IMG/VR virus record: IMGVR_UViG_3300015360_000025
Direction: 5' to 3' (one strand)
Source: a virus
DNA: 64,000 nt
Made by a program: the position numbers and the translations under genes. Positions 36,300 through 45,783 of the stretch are shown piece by piece. A model generated the notes under the pieces. That model saw only the letters and a program-made list of their open reading frames with translations, searched no databases and was not told the DNA's origin. Numbering within the stretch: position 1 is the stretch's first letter; each line of letters opens with the position of its first letter.

Positions 36300-38675
36300 A
36301 TGGGCTTCAATTTCTTCGGCATAAACGTCCCGACCACAGTCCAAGATTTCGTCGACATCTTTCTCCCTACAGATAAGAGCAAGGAAAATTCAGACAGTTC
36401 ATCCAACGCCGCTTCTCCCGTCACCAATCCGACTCAAGCTCCTCCACCGGCTCCAGAAATCAAAGAGACTGCAGGTACCTCTGGAGCTGCCGTTGAGCCA
36501 CCTTCACCGCCTCCTGGTGTGGCATATCCGGCAGGAACGCTTCCTGACCTCTCTGGTCGGTATATCGGAAACTACGAGAAGGAGATAGTCCTAGATTTGA
36601 TTGATTCACTTCAACGTCCGCCACCGAGCATTAATTCAGAGTACATCACCATCTTGAGTCGTACTCTCTCGTGGTTGGCTCGGGAAGCTCCTTCTTCTCC
36701 AGATGCTCTCTTCAATGCCACTGGTGCGCAAGCCATGTGGAACGCTGTTGCTTTCGCTGAATCCAAAGCGTTCGGATTCCCGCTCAATGTCCTACAGCCT
36801 ATTTTCGCTGGAAACGGTCTCGATTCTCAAGAGAAGATGAGAAATGAAGCCAACAGGATTAGGAACATCATATACGATGTTGTCAATCGTGTGAATTCGT
36901 TTCTTGCGCGCGCAAAGAATGCTGGTTTTATCCCTCCAGAGAATCCATTCGCTCTCGCAATGTCACTCAACGTTGGCCGTCTCGGATTTTCTCCGGTAGA
37001 TCTGCAAGGGGACGTCGCGACACGCGTATCGTCTAATGTCCAGACGTATCTGACTCTTTTGGAAGCCGAAGCTACCGGAAAATTGAATCTCGATCAGAAT
37101 TCTTTCAAAGCTGCGCAGTTGTCATCCGCAAACTTTTCTCTGGATGGTTACGGTGGCACTGGCAACTCATCCGTTGATCTCTCGAAGCTTCTTCCAGATG
37201 CGGATGCGATCAAGGCTCAGAAGTCTTTGGAAGCGCTGTCTGTTTTTGATTTCACCAAGCGCGTTCCGAAGATACTCTTCACCGCATTCTATGCACCAGC
37301 TGGTATCCCGAAGGGCGTCATCATCGGTTGGAAAAAGTCTCCAGATGCTTCTGGATATGTGATCCGACGAAAGAACATCTTCGATGATCGCGAAGCTGTG
37401 TACACCGTGACCAACGCGGAAGCTGTGAAGAACACTGCCAGACTGCGTGAATACGTGAGTGCCTGGATCATTTCGTTCTACGACAACGTCCAGGAAGACG
37501 TCGTCTTCGATTTCCTGGATACCGACATTCCGCCTCATGGATATTTCTTCTATAAGATCCAAGCGTACCAATTGCAAAATGACTCTCCGGGAGCGATGTT
37601 CGCCGTCCCGACAACTACGGTGAGTCTCCCTCAACACTTGAAGAACAGTATTCGTGCTGAGCTGGAATTATTGGATCCGAACAAGAAAAGTAGTGTTGTC
37701 GACTTTGCTGCCGGAACAGCTACGACTGTGATTGAGAACACGCCAGATACGATCAGTCCGTATCCGATCTTGGCGAAGTTCTTCTTCCAAGCTCCTGAGT
37801 ACGACTGGATTCTTGCCGCCCTAAACATTCGGGCGTCCATCAATCGTGGTGATTCACGCACTACCACTCGAAATTTTTCGTACCTGACAGCCCAACTAGA
37901 TTTTCTATTTTCTCAGATTGACTCTGGGAGGTTTGTTCTCCCAAGCGGCGACATCACGAATATCTTGAAGAACATCGAATATTCTATCTCTAAGTTTGGA
38001 GTGAACCAAGTCGTCAAGGAAATACTACAGGAGACTGGCGCCCTGTATCATTTTGAAGGGAAAGATCCGAGTGACAACGCGCTGTTTAAGAATGTCGACA
38101 CGGCGGAGGCTACTGAAAGTGGGCTCATCGCAGCTGTCGCGGCCGCCGTAGATCCCGAGACGATGACGATGAATCTCAAGACTCTGTCAAACAATCTTCC
38201 CGCGCTCCTCAGCGGAGAATTTGTGACAAGCGGACAATCGTTGACGGGAAAGGTTGGAAATCATAAATACAAGGCAAAAACGGCTAGACCGACCGAGATA
38301 AAAGTTCCAACTGCCGATCACGATACTTCGACCGGTGTCAAAGCTGAGGATGAGATCCACTACTTGAGGGAATTGGATAACCTCCACGCTAGTGTTATCG
38401 ATCTAACTACATCTGATGGGATCAGCGTCTTCATGAGAGTAATTCGCATTTTCTCGGATATTGGACCAAACCGTGGCACGCCGATTGCTTCCGCCGCTAC
38501 ACCAGAGATCGTGGATCCGATAGTCGCACCGCTGCCGCCAGCTCCACAGCCAAGTCCTGTCCAGCCAGTCCTGTCTCCAGAACAACAAGAAGAAGCCGCC
38601 CACGATGCTGCCGTAGCTGCGGGCGTGACACCAGCCTACTACGTCGTAGACGGTATAAAAGTGTATATCACCTGA
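36300..38675 (+). CDS. Large hypothetical structural protein (one FN3-like unit, Pro-rich termini)
   Basis: VIIGWKKSPDASGYVIRRKN...DFLDTDIPPHGYFFYKIQ FN3-like segment. Confidence 0.55.
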   Translation: MGFNFFGINVPTTVQDFVDIFLPTDKSKENSDSSSNAASPVTNPTQAPPPAPEIKETAGTSGAAVEPPSPPPGVAYPAGTLPDLSGRYIGNYEKEIVLDLIDSLQRPPPSINSEYITILSRTLSWLAREAPSSPDALFNATGAQAMWNAVAFAESKAFGFPLNVLQPIFAGNGLDSQEKMRNEANRIRNIIYDVVNRVNSFLARAKNAGFIPPENPFALAMSLNVGRLGFSPVDLQGDVATRVSSNVQTYLTLLEAEATGKLNLDQNSFKAAQLSSANFSLDGYGGTGNSSVDLSKLLPDADAIKAQKSLEALSVFDFTKRVPKILFTAFYAPAGIPKGVIIGWKKSPDASGYVIRRKNIFDDREAVYTVTNAEAVKNTARLREYVSAWIISFYDNVQEDVVFDFLDTDIPPHGYFFYKIQAYQLQNDSPGAMFAVPTTTVSLPQHLKNSIRAELELLDPNKKSSVVDFAAGTATTVIENTPDTISPYPILAKFFFQAPEYDWILAALNIRASINRGDSRTTTRNFSYLTAQLDFLFSQIDSGRFVLPSGDITNILKNIEYSISKFGVNQVVKEILQETGALYHFEGKDPSDNALFKNVDTAEATESGLIAAVAAAVDPETMTMNLKTLSNNLPALLSGEFVTSGQSLTGKVGNHKYKAKTARPTEIKVPTADHDTSTGVKAEDEIHYLRELDNLHASVIDLTTSDGISVFMRVIRIFSDIGPNRGTPIASAATPEIVDPIVAPLPPAPQPSPVQPVLSPEQQEEAAHDAAVAAGVTPAYYVVDGIKVYIT

Positions 38676-38683
38676 GGTTTTGG

Positions 38684-41185
38684 ATGTCAATAAAGATTTT
38701 CGGTAAGGGACTTGGAGTGTTTGAACACCCGTTCGACGTCGTCGACCGTGAACGGATCAGTGTCGACGAAACTAAGAAGATCCTTGTCAATGATACGAAT
38801 CGTGCGCAGCTCGGGAACTTGGGCACCATCCAACAGATTAGAGAAGTGTTGCTACCGCAGGCACTTCCGATCTTCGACACCCTGCATAGCACTGTAGCTA
38901 TTCCACGGGCGGACATACGTCAGAACTTTGATCTGATCCCGATCCCTCGGCCTGTCCAGAAGTTCAAGATTACACCGCAAGTGTATTCGGCCGAATCTGG
39001 TCCCGCTCCCTTTGAGACTTTGTTTAACGACTTTGAGATAGAGGCATTTCCGTTCTACAACTTCTGGACTCCTGACGAGTTGACCAACGACCGTGACGAA
39101 CGTGGCAATCGTAAGATCGAAGATATTCCACGTTTTATCAAGGTGACGTGGAATTCTGCTCCCAATCTTCCAGACCCAGAGGAGCGTGTCATCCCTAAGC
39201 CGATGGACGTTCGTCCCATTCAACCTATCTTGTTCTCTCATGAGAACATTCGCCCCAACGTGTTCACCCTTAAGGGCATCTCGTTCACCCCCGAACATCT
39301 CCAGCCCTCCGGTTTTACTCTCATCAAGGGTATCATAGGCAATGGTTACCTTGCCCCAGGCGTCCTCGAGACGATCGTGGAGATGCCACTCCACAACACT
39401 GGGATCGAATCCCATCGGACGTTCGCCAACACTGATCCGATCCACCACTTTGATGAAGATATGTTCCTAACGCACCCAGACATGCAGGGCATCTCTGTAC
39501 ACGAGCTCAAGTCGCAGATCAACCAGCTCACGAATGGGATTGCTAACATGTCGACCCCGACTCCACCGGGAGTATCAACGAACTTGACTGGTCGGAAGGC
39601 GAATCTCGTCGACGGAAAGTACATGATGTCCAAGGCGATCGAGCCGGGCGGTTTCATGCAGCTTACCAGCATTCATCCATCATCTCCATCAATCTCACTC
39701 AAGTCGAAGACGGCCAAATCCGACCGAAAGGGTCCTGTAGACAACGTGATTGAGTTAGCTAAGATTATCTCACAGCCTCTCTCCGTGTCCAACATGAAAT
39801 CCACTGCGCAGGTGAAGGTAAAGTTCTCAGATCCTTCTATCGGAGGCCTCGTCGATCCAAGCAAGATCAATCTGATGTCATTGCCACACCACGTGGAGAT
39901 GATGTCAGCGATCGCCCCACAACTGCCACAGCTTGAGATGCTCTCTCGGACGAATTTCAAGAATCTTCCGCGTCAAATCAATCCCCCTTCCCTCCCGTCT
40001 CCGAAGATGAAGCCGCTTGAGTACATCGGATACATCATCGAAAAGTATAAACGACAGACATCTGGGGTGTTCATAAAGGTCGAAGAGATCGATATTCCAA
40101 TAAGAGATGCAGATTTCTACATCGACACTAAGGTCCTGTACGGGGAAGTCTACCGGTACCGGATCAAGACGGTCGTCCGATGGACGAGATCCAAGGATCA
40201 CAATATCGCCGGTCCAGATCCGACCATCGAGGCAAAGTTCGGGTCCCAGACGGTATCTGTGAGCACACACAAGAGCTCTTACTTCACGAGTGAATGGGGT
40301 CACGAGTGGGCATACGGCAGTTGCATCGATGATCAACCACCATTACCACCCGACGAGTTGACCGTCCGTCCTGAATCTCACAGGAAGCGGGTCGTGGTGA
40401 CCTTTCGTCTACCCGACAATCCACAGCGCGACATCCTCAAGATGAGACTCTACCGGAAGGTCCAGGACGAGAACGGACGTGACATCTCTGACTGGATGCA
40501 AGTGCAAGAATCCAATGCAACCAACCGTGGCATCGATTTCGCCCCGTCAAACGTCATCTACTTTGATACGAATGTAGACTTCTGTCAAAAGTCGCATATG
40601 AAGTACATCTACGCCGCCTCATGCATCTCCAGACACAATGAAGATTCTACCCTCTCTGAACAGCTCGGAGCCAGGTTAAATGAGGACTACTTCTCCAGAG
40701 GAGAATTCCCAGTGGAATTCCACTCTTGCTCGGGGGTCCGGTTGGACTACTACGGTGCATTCTCGACTTCTCCGCACAAGATCACTAAGACTGAGGTCGT
40801 CGTTCCTCCACCTCCGACTAGAGTTGGAAAGATCCCTGGTGTGGCTGCCATCATCTTCTCTGGACGGAATACGATGGGGAATACCCACATGGACGAGGGT
40901 TCATACACGATCCGTGTACAATCTCTTGATACGGGAGAAGTCAGAGACATCCCGCTCACGACCAAGTTCAGGCAGATCCAGAAGAGACAACGGGTCTCGA
41001 AGACAGACTACTATGTGCGATCACACACAGTTTCAGGAAAGAACTCCGATGATTTTGAAGATCTTTCTACGCAGAGGTTGAAAGAAGAATTGACGAAATA
41101 CCAGGATGGGCCGGTACGTCATGAAAGAGGCGAAGAATTTGAGGTTCTGCCGTTCGACAGATCCTCACGGGGCGAGAGATGGTGA
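38684..41185 (+). CDS. Large hypothetical structural protein with FN3-like units
   Basis: IGYIIEKY...YIDTKVLYGEVYRYRIK and PPLPPDELTV...MRLYRK...YFDTNV. Confidence 0.6.
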   Translation: MSIKIFGKGLGVFEHPFDVVDRERISVDETKKILVNDTNRAQLGNLGTIQQIREVLLPQALPIFDTLHSTVAIPRADIRQNFDLIPIPRPVQKFKITPQVYSAESGPAPFETLFNDFEIEAFPFYNFWTPDELTNDRDERGNRKIEDIPRFIKVTWNSAPNLPDPEERVIPKPMDVRPIQPILFSHENIRPNVFTLKGISFTPEHLQPSGFTLIKGIIGNGYLAPGVLETIVEMPLHNTGIESHRTFANTDPIHHFDEDMFLTHPDMQGISVHELKSQINQLTNGIANMSTPTPPGVSTNLTGRKANLVDGKYMMSKAIEPGGFMQLTSIHPSSPSISLKSKTAKSDRKGPVDNVIELAKIISQPLSVSNMKSTAQVKVKFSDPSIGGLVDPSKINLMSLPHHVEMMSAIAPQLPQLEMLSRTNFKNLPRQINPPSLPSPKMKPLEYIGYIIEKYKRQTSGVFIKVEEIDIPIRDADFYIDTKVLYGEVYRYRIKTVVRWTRSKDHNIAGPDPTIEAKFGSQTVSVSTHKSSYFTSEWGHEWAYGSCIDDQPPLPPDELTVRPESHRKRVVVTFRLPDNPQRDILKMRLYRKVQDENGRDISDWMQVQESNATNRGIDFAPSNVIYFDTNVDFCQKSHMKYIYAASCISRHNEDSTLSEQLGARLNEDYFSRGEFPVEFHSCSGVRLDYYGAFSTSPHKITKTEVVVPPPPTRVGKIPGVAAIIFSGRNTMGNTHMDEGSYTIRVQSLDTGEVRDIPLTTKFRQIQKRQRVSKTDYYVRSHTVSGKNSDDFEDLSTQRLKEELTKYQDGPVRHERGEEFEVLPFDRSSRGERW

Positions 41186-41249
41186 TGTGTCATCTTTAGA
41201 AGTCAATTCTGAAAGAGATCCATACCTATCTACAACGAGGAACATACGT

Positions 41250-41375
41250 GTGACTGGGATCATCTACAATTTGCTGAACACTGCGAATGGAAAGGGCTAT
41301 GTCGGGCAGACGTAGATGACACTCGACGAGCGCCGGGCTCAGCATTGTCGGCGTGATGGGTGTGGCTCGCGGTGA
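41250..41375 (+). pseudogene. Degenerate GIY-YIG endonuclease remnant with in-frame TAG
   Basis: MTGIIYNLLNTANGKGYVGQT*MTLDERRAQHCRRDGCGSR*; preceded by SD-like GAGGA. Confidence 0.75.
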
Positions 41376-41431
41376 AAGAAGCCACTATAACGGACTCCAG
41401 TTTGACTGGAAAGTCCAAGGAAATCAATAAC

Positions 41432-42148
41432 ATGGGCTTCCAAGACAATTCTGGGGAAATTTTTATAGACGCTGTCCTTACGGACGAGGGTCGGGAGCGT
41501 CTGGCGAGGAATGATGGCAGCTTCGCCATCGTCAGGTTCAGACTCGGCGATGACGAGGTGGACTATCGTTTCTGGAACGAGCTTACTGGCTCCGATTCCA
41601 AAGATAGGAAGATCCTCGATACACCGGTCTTCGAGGCATTTACCAACGAGGTGGTTGCTCTACGATCTCCTCTCGTGACAATCCGGAACGCGAGACTACA
41701 GTTTCTCCCGACGATGGTGGCCAAGCCAGCTTCCATCTCGCTCAAAGAGCAGAACGACTCCGTTGGTGGAGGTGCAGATATCTCCGTGAGCCAGGAGATT
41801 GCCCGATCCCAGACGATCCTCCCGTCCGAGATCATCGACGTGAACTATGCAGTTGAACTAGACAATGATATCATCTTCGTCTCAGGTGAGACTCCGATCG
41901 CGATCACACCGTTCGGAACGGCACGTTATATCATTCCAGCTGCAGCTGGTCGACAGACGGCATCTGGCGGTACGGAATGCAAGTTCAACGTCCGTGTCCA
42001 GACGTTGACGACAGAGGCATTCGACACACTGGTAGGAAGCAGCGTGCCCAGGCCGAGAACGATCAGTACTACGATCGTGGTCACTGGTCAGCAGTCCGGT
42101 ATGAACGTCCGGATCCCGGTATCCATTGTCGAATTCGCCACGACTTGA
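41432..42148 (+). CDS. Conserved structural protein (paralog of 32334)
   Basis: Start trimmed to ATG 41432 (SD AAGGA). IDAVLTDEGRERLARNDGSFAIVRFRLGDDEVDY...ILDTPVFEAFT. Confidence 0.7.
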   Translation: MGFQDNSGEIFIDAVLTDEGRERLARNDGSFAIVRFRLGDDEVDYRFWNELTGSDSKDRKILDTPVFEAFTNEVVALRSPLVTIRNARLQFLPTMVAKPASISLKEQNDSVGGGADISVSQEIARSQTILPSEIIDVNYAVELDNDIIFVSGETPIAITPFGTARYIIPAAAGRQTASGGTECKFNVRVQTLTTEAFDTLVGSSVPRPRTISTTIVVTGQQSGMNVRIPVSIVEFATT

Positions 42149-42163
42149 TTTAGGAGCTAAACG

Positions 42164-43150
42164 ATGTCATTCAAGACCTTCGATCTCTCGCACGACGTCG
42201 CCTCGATCGTTTCATCGATCAATGAGGTCGTGTCTGTGTCGAGTTCGATCTATGCGTTCGACCAGAACGTCAAGAAGTTTTCAAACATCTCCTCGGCTTC
42301 TGCTGGAGCAGACCTTGGCGGGTACTGGGAGACGATTTTCGATTCCTCTCCGACCAGCTCTCTTAGCACCGCATTGATGGACATGACCTTTGGGTATGCT
42401 ACAGGGTCCGCCTATAACTTGCCCGTTACTGCGACCAGCTCTCAGAATGAGAAGATCAAGGTCTACAGGATGATGGCTTCTGCCCTCCTGGGAGATTCAA
42501 ACTCTCTCTTCACAATCAACAACGTTCCGACTTCTGAGTGCTTCTTCATTATGGTGAAGAGAAACATTCAGAAGGACGAGATCAAGAAAGGATCAACGGC
42601 GCTAGTAGTCAATAGGACGTCGACGCAGCTGACTGGATCAGACGAGGGTGCATCAGTTAACTTCAAGCAGACTGTCGGCGGAGATTACGCTCCTCTCAGG
42701 AGTGGTACGACAGAGTTTGGTCAAGTGTGGTACAACGCTGGCGTCATTGTTCTTGGTGTAACAGCTAGCTGGCCAGCTGACACGTTCTGGTCAGGTACCA
42801 AGACGGTCCAGAACATGGAATCGTCCAGCAGCATCAATCAGCTGGTCGATGGTCTTCGAACGCACATCGAGAAGATCAACCTGCACAACCAGACGAACCT
42901 GTACTCGACTATCTACTTCTGTCGGGCAACCAACTCTGAGTTCAACTACTCCAGTAACCCAACCTTCGTGGATGACAACAAGCGGATTAGAGTCACATCG
43001 GGAAGCAACATCCTCCAGACACGGTCGTACGTTACGACTGTCGGTCTCTACGATGCCAATGACAACCTACTGGCCGTCGCCAAGGTGAACAAGCCGATCA
43101 CCAAGTCGCCCGACAATGAGGCTATCTTCCGAATCCGGCTTGACTACTGA
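42164..43150 (+). CDS. Conserved virion/baseplate-associated protein
   Basis: C-terminal YFCRATNSEFNYSSNPTF...SYVTTVGLYDANDNLLAVAKVNKPITK...IRLDY shared with the 43178 gene. Confidence 0.65.
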   Translation: MSFKTFDLSHDVASIVSSINEVVSVSSSIYAFDQNVKKFSNISSASAGADLGGYWETIFDSSPTSSLSTALMDMTFGYATGSAYNLPVTATSSQNEKIKVYRMMASALLGDSNSLFTINNVPTSECFFIMVKRNIQKDEIKKGSTALVVNRTSTQLTGSDEGASVNFKQTVGGDYAPLRSGTTEFGQVWYNAGVIVLGVTASWPADTFWSGTKTVQNMESSSSINQLVDGLRTHIEKINLHNQTNLYSTIYFCRATNSEFNYSSNPTFVDDNKRIRVTSGSNILQTRSYVTTVGLYDANDNLLAVAKVNKPITKSPDNEAIFRIRLDY

Positions 43151-43177
43151 TCCTGTAGATCCAAAAAGAGACCTGAG

Positions 43178-45079
43178 ATGTCCGTTTACAGAAAGTTCAC
43201 CAGAAACGACATTCTCTTCTCGACCGTCCATGCTAAGCCAAGGGTAGCCGTAAAGTACGGTGTAGCTGGTGGGCAGACTGGTTGGTTCGGGAATTCGGGT
43301 GTCTCGGGTTCCTTGAGCCTGTACGGGGGCGTACGCGCCAGATACAATGTCAAAGCTAGTGATTTCCAGACTTCTGGTCTGTCGATCTACCCGCTAGATC
43401 TGCTCGATACTCACAGCATTGACAAAGTGATCTTTGTTTCAGGGTCCTATCCTGCGACTGGGTCGATCAGGTTTGTACGTTGCCGGAACCAGTCTGTCGC
43501 CTCATTCTTGCAGGTGACCGATCTCAACTGGTTCGAAGAACACTATCGGCCGATTGAACTGTTATACGATCACTACAGCACACGTGACGACAACTACTTC
43601 ACGGGATCGTACGATTTCTACGATTCACTGCTGTTAGCCGACACTTCCTTGACCTCGTCTGTGACCGGGTCATATTTCTACCCTGGATCGTACTGGGCAT
43701 TTTCTGGTGCCTTCGCGACGACTCCGATCACCAGTCCATCTTCGTCGTTCACGGCCATGGCATGGGTGAAGCCGATTCCCACCAATTTTGCGACCGGTAC
43801 TCTTGAACCGTTTCAAAATTATCCGACCATCTTGGCGCAACGTGATACTTGGGATTTCTCGATCAATCCAGATGGGACCCTCCAGTTAAATGTCGAGCAC
43901 TCCGCTAGCTCAAGTTACCCTGCGAGTTCGACGAATACAGTCACTGCGGGAAAATGGAATAACGTCGCCATGGTTGTTAAAGGCGGACAGACTGCTAGCT
44001 TCTGGATTAATGGTCAATACGGTGGACAGAGTTTTCTGGGTAACGATGTCTTGGGAACTGGTTCTAACACTCATCCATTACTGGTTGGAGGTTGGGAGAC
44101 AGGCACGGGCTACGTGGTTGGAATAGGCGGACACCAACATGGCAATAATCTGAATGGATTCATCTTTGAAACTCAGGTCTGGAACAGAGCTTTGAGCGGA
44201 AGTGAGATCCAAGCGTATGCCAGTGGTACTTTGGTCAATAGTTCGTCGACGGGCCTCGTCCACTACGCCCGCTACAACGATGGTCCTTTCGGGACAGCTC
44301 ACGGGTTTGCATCTGGCAGCGGTGCCTTTGACTACAGTCCGAACGCGAAACACGGGTACGTGGTCCCGTGGTCTTTCGCGCACACTAATCACTGGCAACC
44401 AAACGATCACCAAAGCTTCATTCCGGTCACCAAGAAGATCAACCTCGACATCCACGACCTGCGTCTGTTCCACGTCCCAAGCATGTTCTACGGGAAGCAA
44501 ATCGATCCTGGCAGTGTGCGGATCACGGACGGCGTCTACAACAAGCGCCGGATCGTCCGTGTCTTTAACGATGATGGTCGCGGCGGGTTGTATGTCTCAG
44601 GTTCGATGACAAGAGACATCTCCGGGGAAGAATATACGGGAGAGAAGCGTAGAAAGGTTGGTAACGTCTTCTATTCTGAAGGATTGATCGTCTTTACAGA
44701 CCCGGCGTTATACGACACGTTCGATAGCGGATCACTCTTCTGGGATCCACAGATCTCTGTCTCTGGAGTCTTTGGGGATCTCATCAGTGCCGACTTCAAG
44801 GGTCAGGCTACGATGCGTACCAAGACGTTCAATTGTCGTCTTCCAACCGCCCAAGGGAACGCGTCCAATAATCCGACCTTCAGCTACGTCGACGACCGTG
44901 GTACAGTGAACACAGATGACGACAGAGTGACTGTTGAGCGGCACGATGGTGTCACCTACATCACGGCCATCGGTCTCTACAATGAGGATCGGCAGCTTGT
45001 GGCGGTGGCCAAGCTGGCGCAACCGATCAGGAAGCGCGAGAAAGAAAAGATTAATCTTAGATTAAAGATGGATTTCTAG
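43178..45079 (+). CDS. Paralog of 42164 with an inserted LamG domain
   Basis: SFTAMAWVKP...GKWNNVAMV...IFETQVWNRALSGSEI (LamG). C-terminal TYITAIGLYNEDRQLVAVAKLAQPIRK...LKMDF. Ends in TAG. Confidence 0.7.
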   Translation: MSVYRKFTRNDILFSTVHAKPRVAVKYGVAGGQTGWFGNSGVSGSLSLYGGVRARYNVKASDFQTSGLSIYPLDLLDTHSIDKVIFVSGSYPATGSIRFVRCRNQSVASFLQVTDLNWFEEHYRPIELLYDHYSTRDDNYFTGSYDFYDSLLLADTSLTSSVTGSYFYPGSYWAFSGAFATTPITSPSSSFTAMAWVKPIPTNFATGTLEPFQNYPTILAQRDTWDFSINPDGTLQLNVEHSASSSYPASSTNTVTAGKWNNVAMVVKGGQTASFWINGQYGGQSFLGNDVLGTGSNTHPLLVGGWETGTGYVVGIGGHQHGNNLNGFIFETQVWNRALSGSEIQAYASGTLVNSSSTGLVHYARYNDGPFGTAHGFASGSGAFDYSPNAKHGYVVPWSFAHTNHWQPNDHQSFIPVTKKINLDIHDLRLFHVPSMFYGKQIDPGSVRITDGVYNKRRIVRVFNDDGRGGLYVSGSMTRDISGEEYTGEKRRKVGNVFYSEGLIVFTDPALYDTFDSGSLFWDPQISVSGVFGDLISADFKGQATMRTKTFNCRLPTAQGNASNNPTFSYVDDRGTVNTDDDRVTVERHDGVTYITAIGLYNEDRQLVAVAKLAQPIRKREKEKINLRLKMDF

Positions 45080-45129
45080 CGATACTCACAAGGCTGGATG
45101 TTCGAAGTCTGGACTCAGGAGAAGCTTAC

Positions 45130-45783
45130 GTGAACTTTGGATGGGACATCTCTACATCTGTTATCGGTGCCACTGTCCTGGACGAGAATGGGAAGTGGAT
45201 CAAAACCGATCACTTCGATTTCTCAAAGATCGATGCCAAGTCTCTACACGACAAGATGGACGAGTCTCAATGGTGGGTCGAAGAATTCCTCGAGCCTTAC
45301 ATCGCTGGCAGTCACATGCATTATTTTGAAGAGCGCCTCGCAAATTTCTCTGCTGGAAGGACGATGCTTCAGACTCTCATGATACTCGCTGGTTTCAACG
45401 CGCTTTTCTCATACGAGGTCTGGAGGATCCATCGTGAGCTTGGAGAGAAGTCCAGGTGGAACGAATCTGATCCTTCTCATCCAGAGAAGATGATAGGCGT
45501 TTGTACTACTCACATCCATCCATCGACCGTCAAGGCGATCATGAAACGCGATGGTCTGATCATCCCGAAAGGTGGTGATAAGAAGAAACTGACCCTTGAC
45601 TTTGTCAAGAACAAGATCCAAGGATGGGAAGTTTTTCTCAATAGGAATGACAATCCACACCCTTACAACTTCGATCGGGCCGACTCGTACATCACCGCAC
45701 GTGCTGGGTACCTGAGAGCCTACCTATCCCGTAATGCAAAGAGAGCGGAAACTTCAAGCGATTCAGGTGACGCTGGGGCATGA
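45130..45783 (+). CDS. RuvC-like Holliday junction resolvase
   Basis: FGWDISTSVIG (catalytic Asp), HYFEER (Glu), FDRADS (DxxD). Confidence 0.75.
   Translation: MNFGWDISTSVIGATVLDENGKWIKTDHFDFSKIDAKSLHDKMDESQWWVEEFLEPYIAGSHMHYFEERLANFSAGRTMLQTLMILAGFNALFSYEVWRIHRELGEKSRWNESDPSHPEKMIGVCTTHIHPSTVKAIMKRDGLIIPKGGDKKKLTLDFVKNKIQGWEVFLNRNDNPHPYNFDRADSYITARAGYLRAYLSRNAKRAETSSDSGDAGA

Noticed and set aside
41313-41315. In-frame TAG in a GIY-YIG frame suggesting TAG recoding (genetic code 15)
   Set aside because: Large genes are uninterrupted under code 11, TAG ends plausible genes (45079, 51220), and the reading frame ends 20 codons later anyway. Pseudogenisation is simpler.
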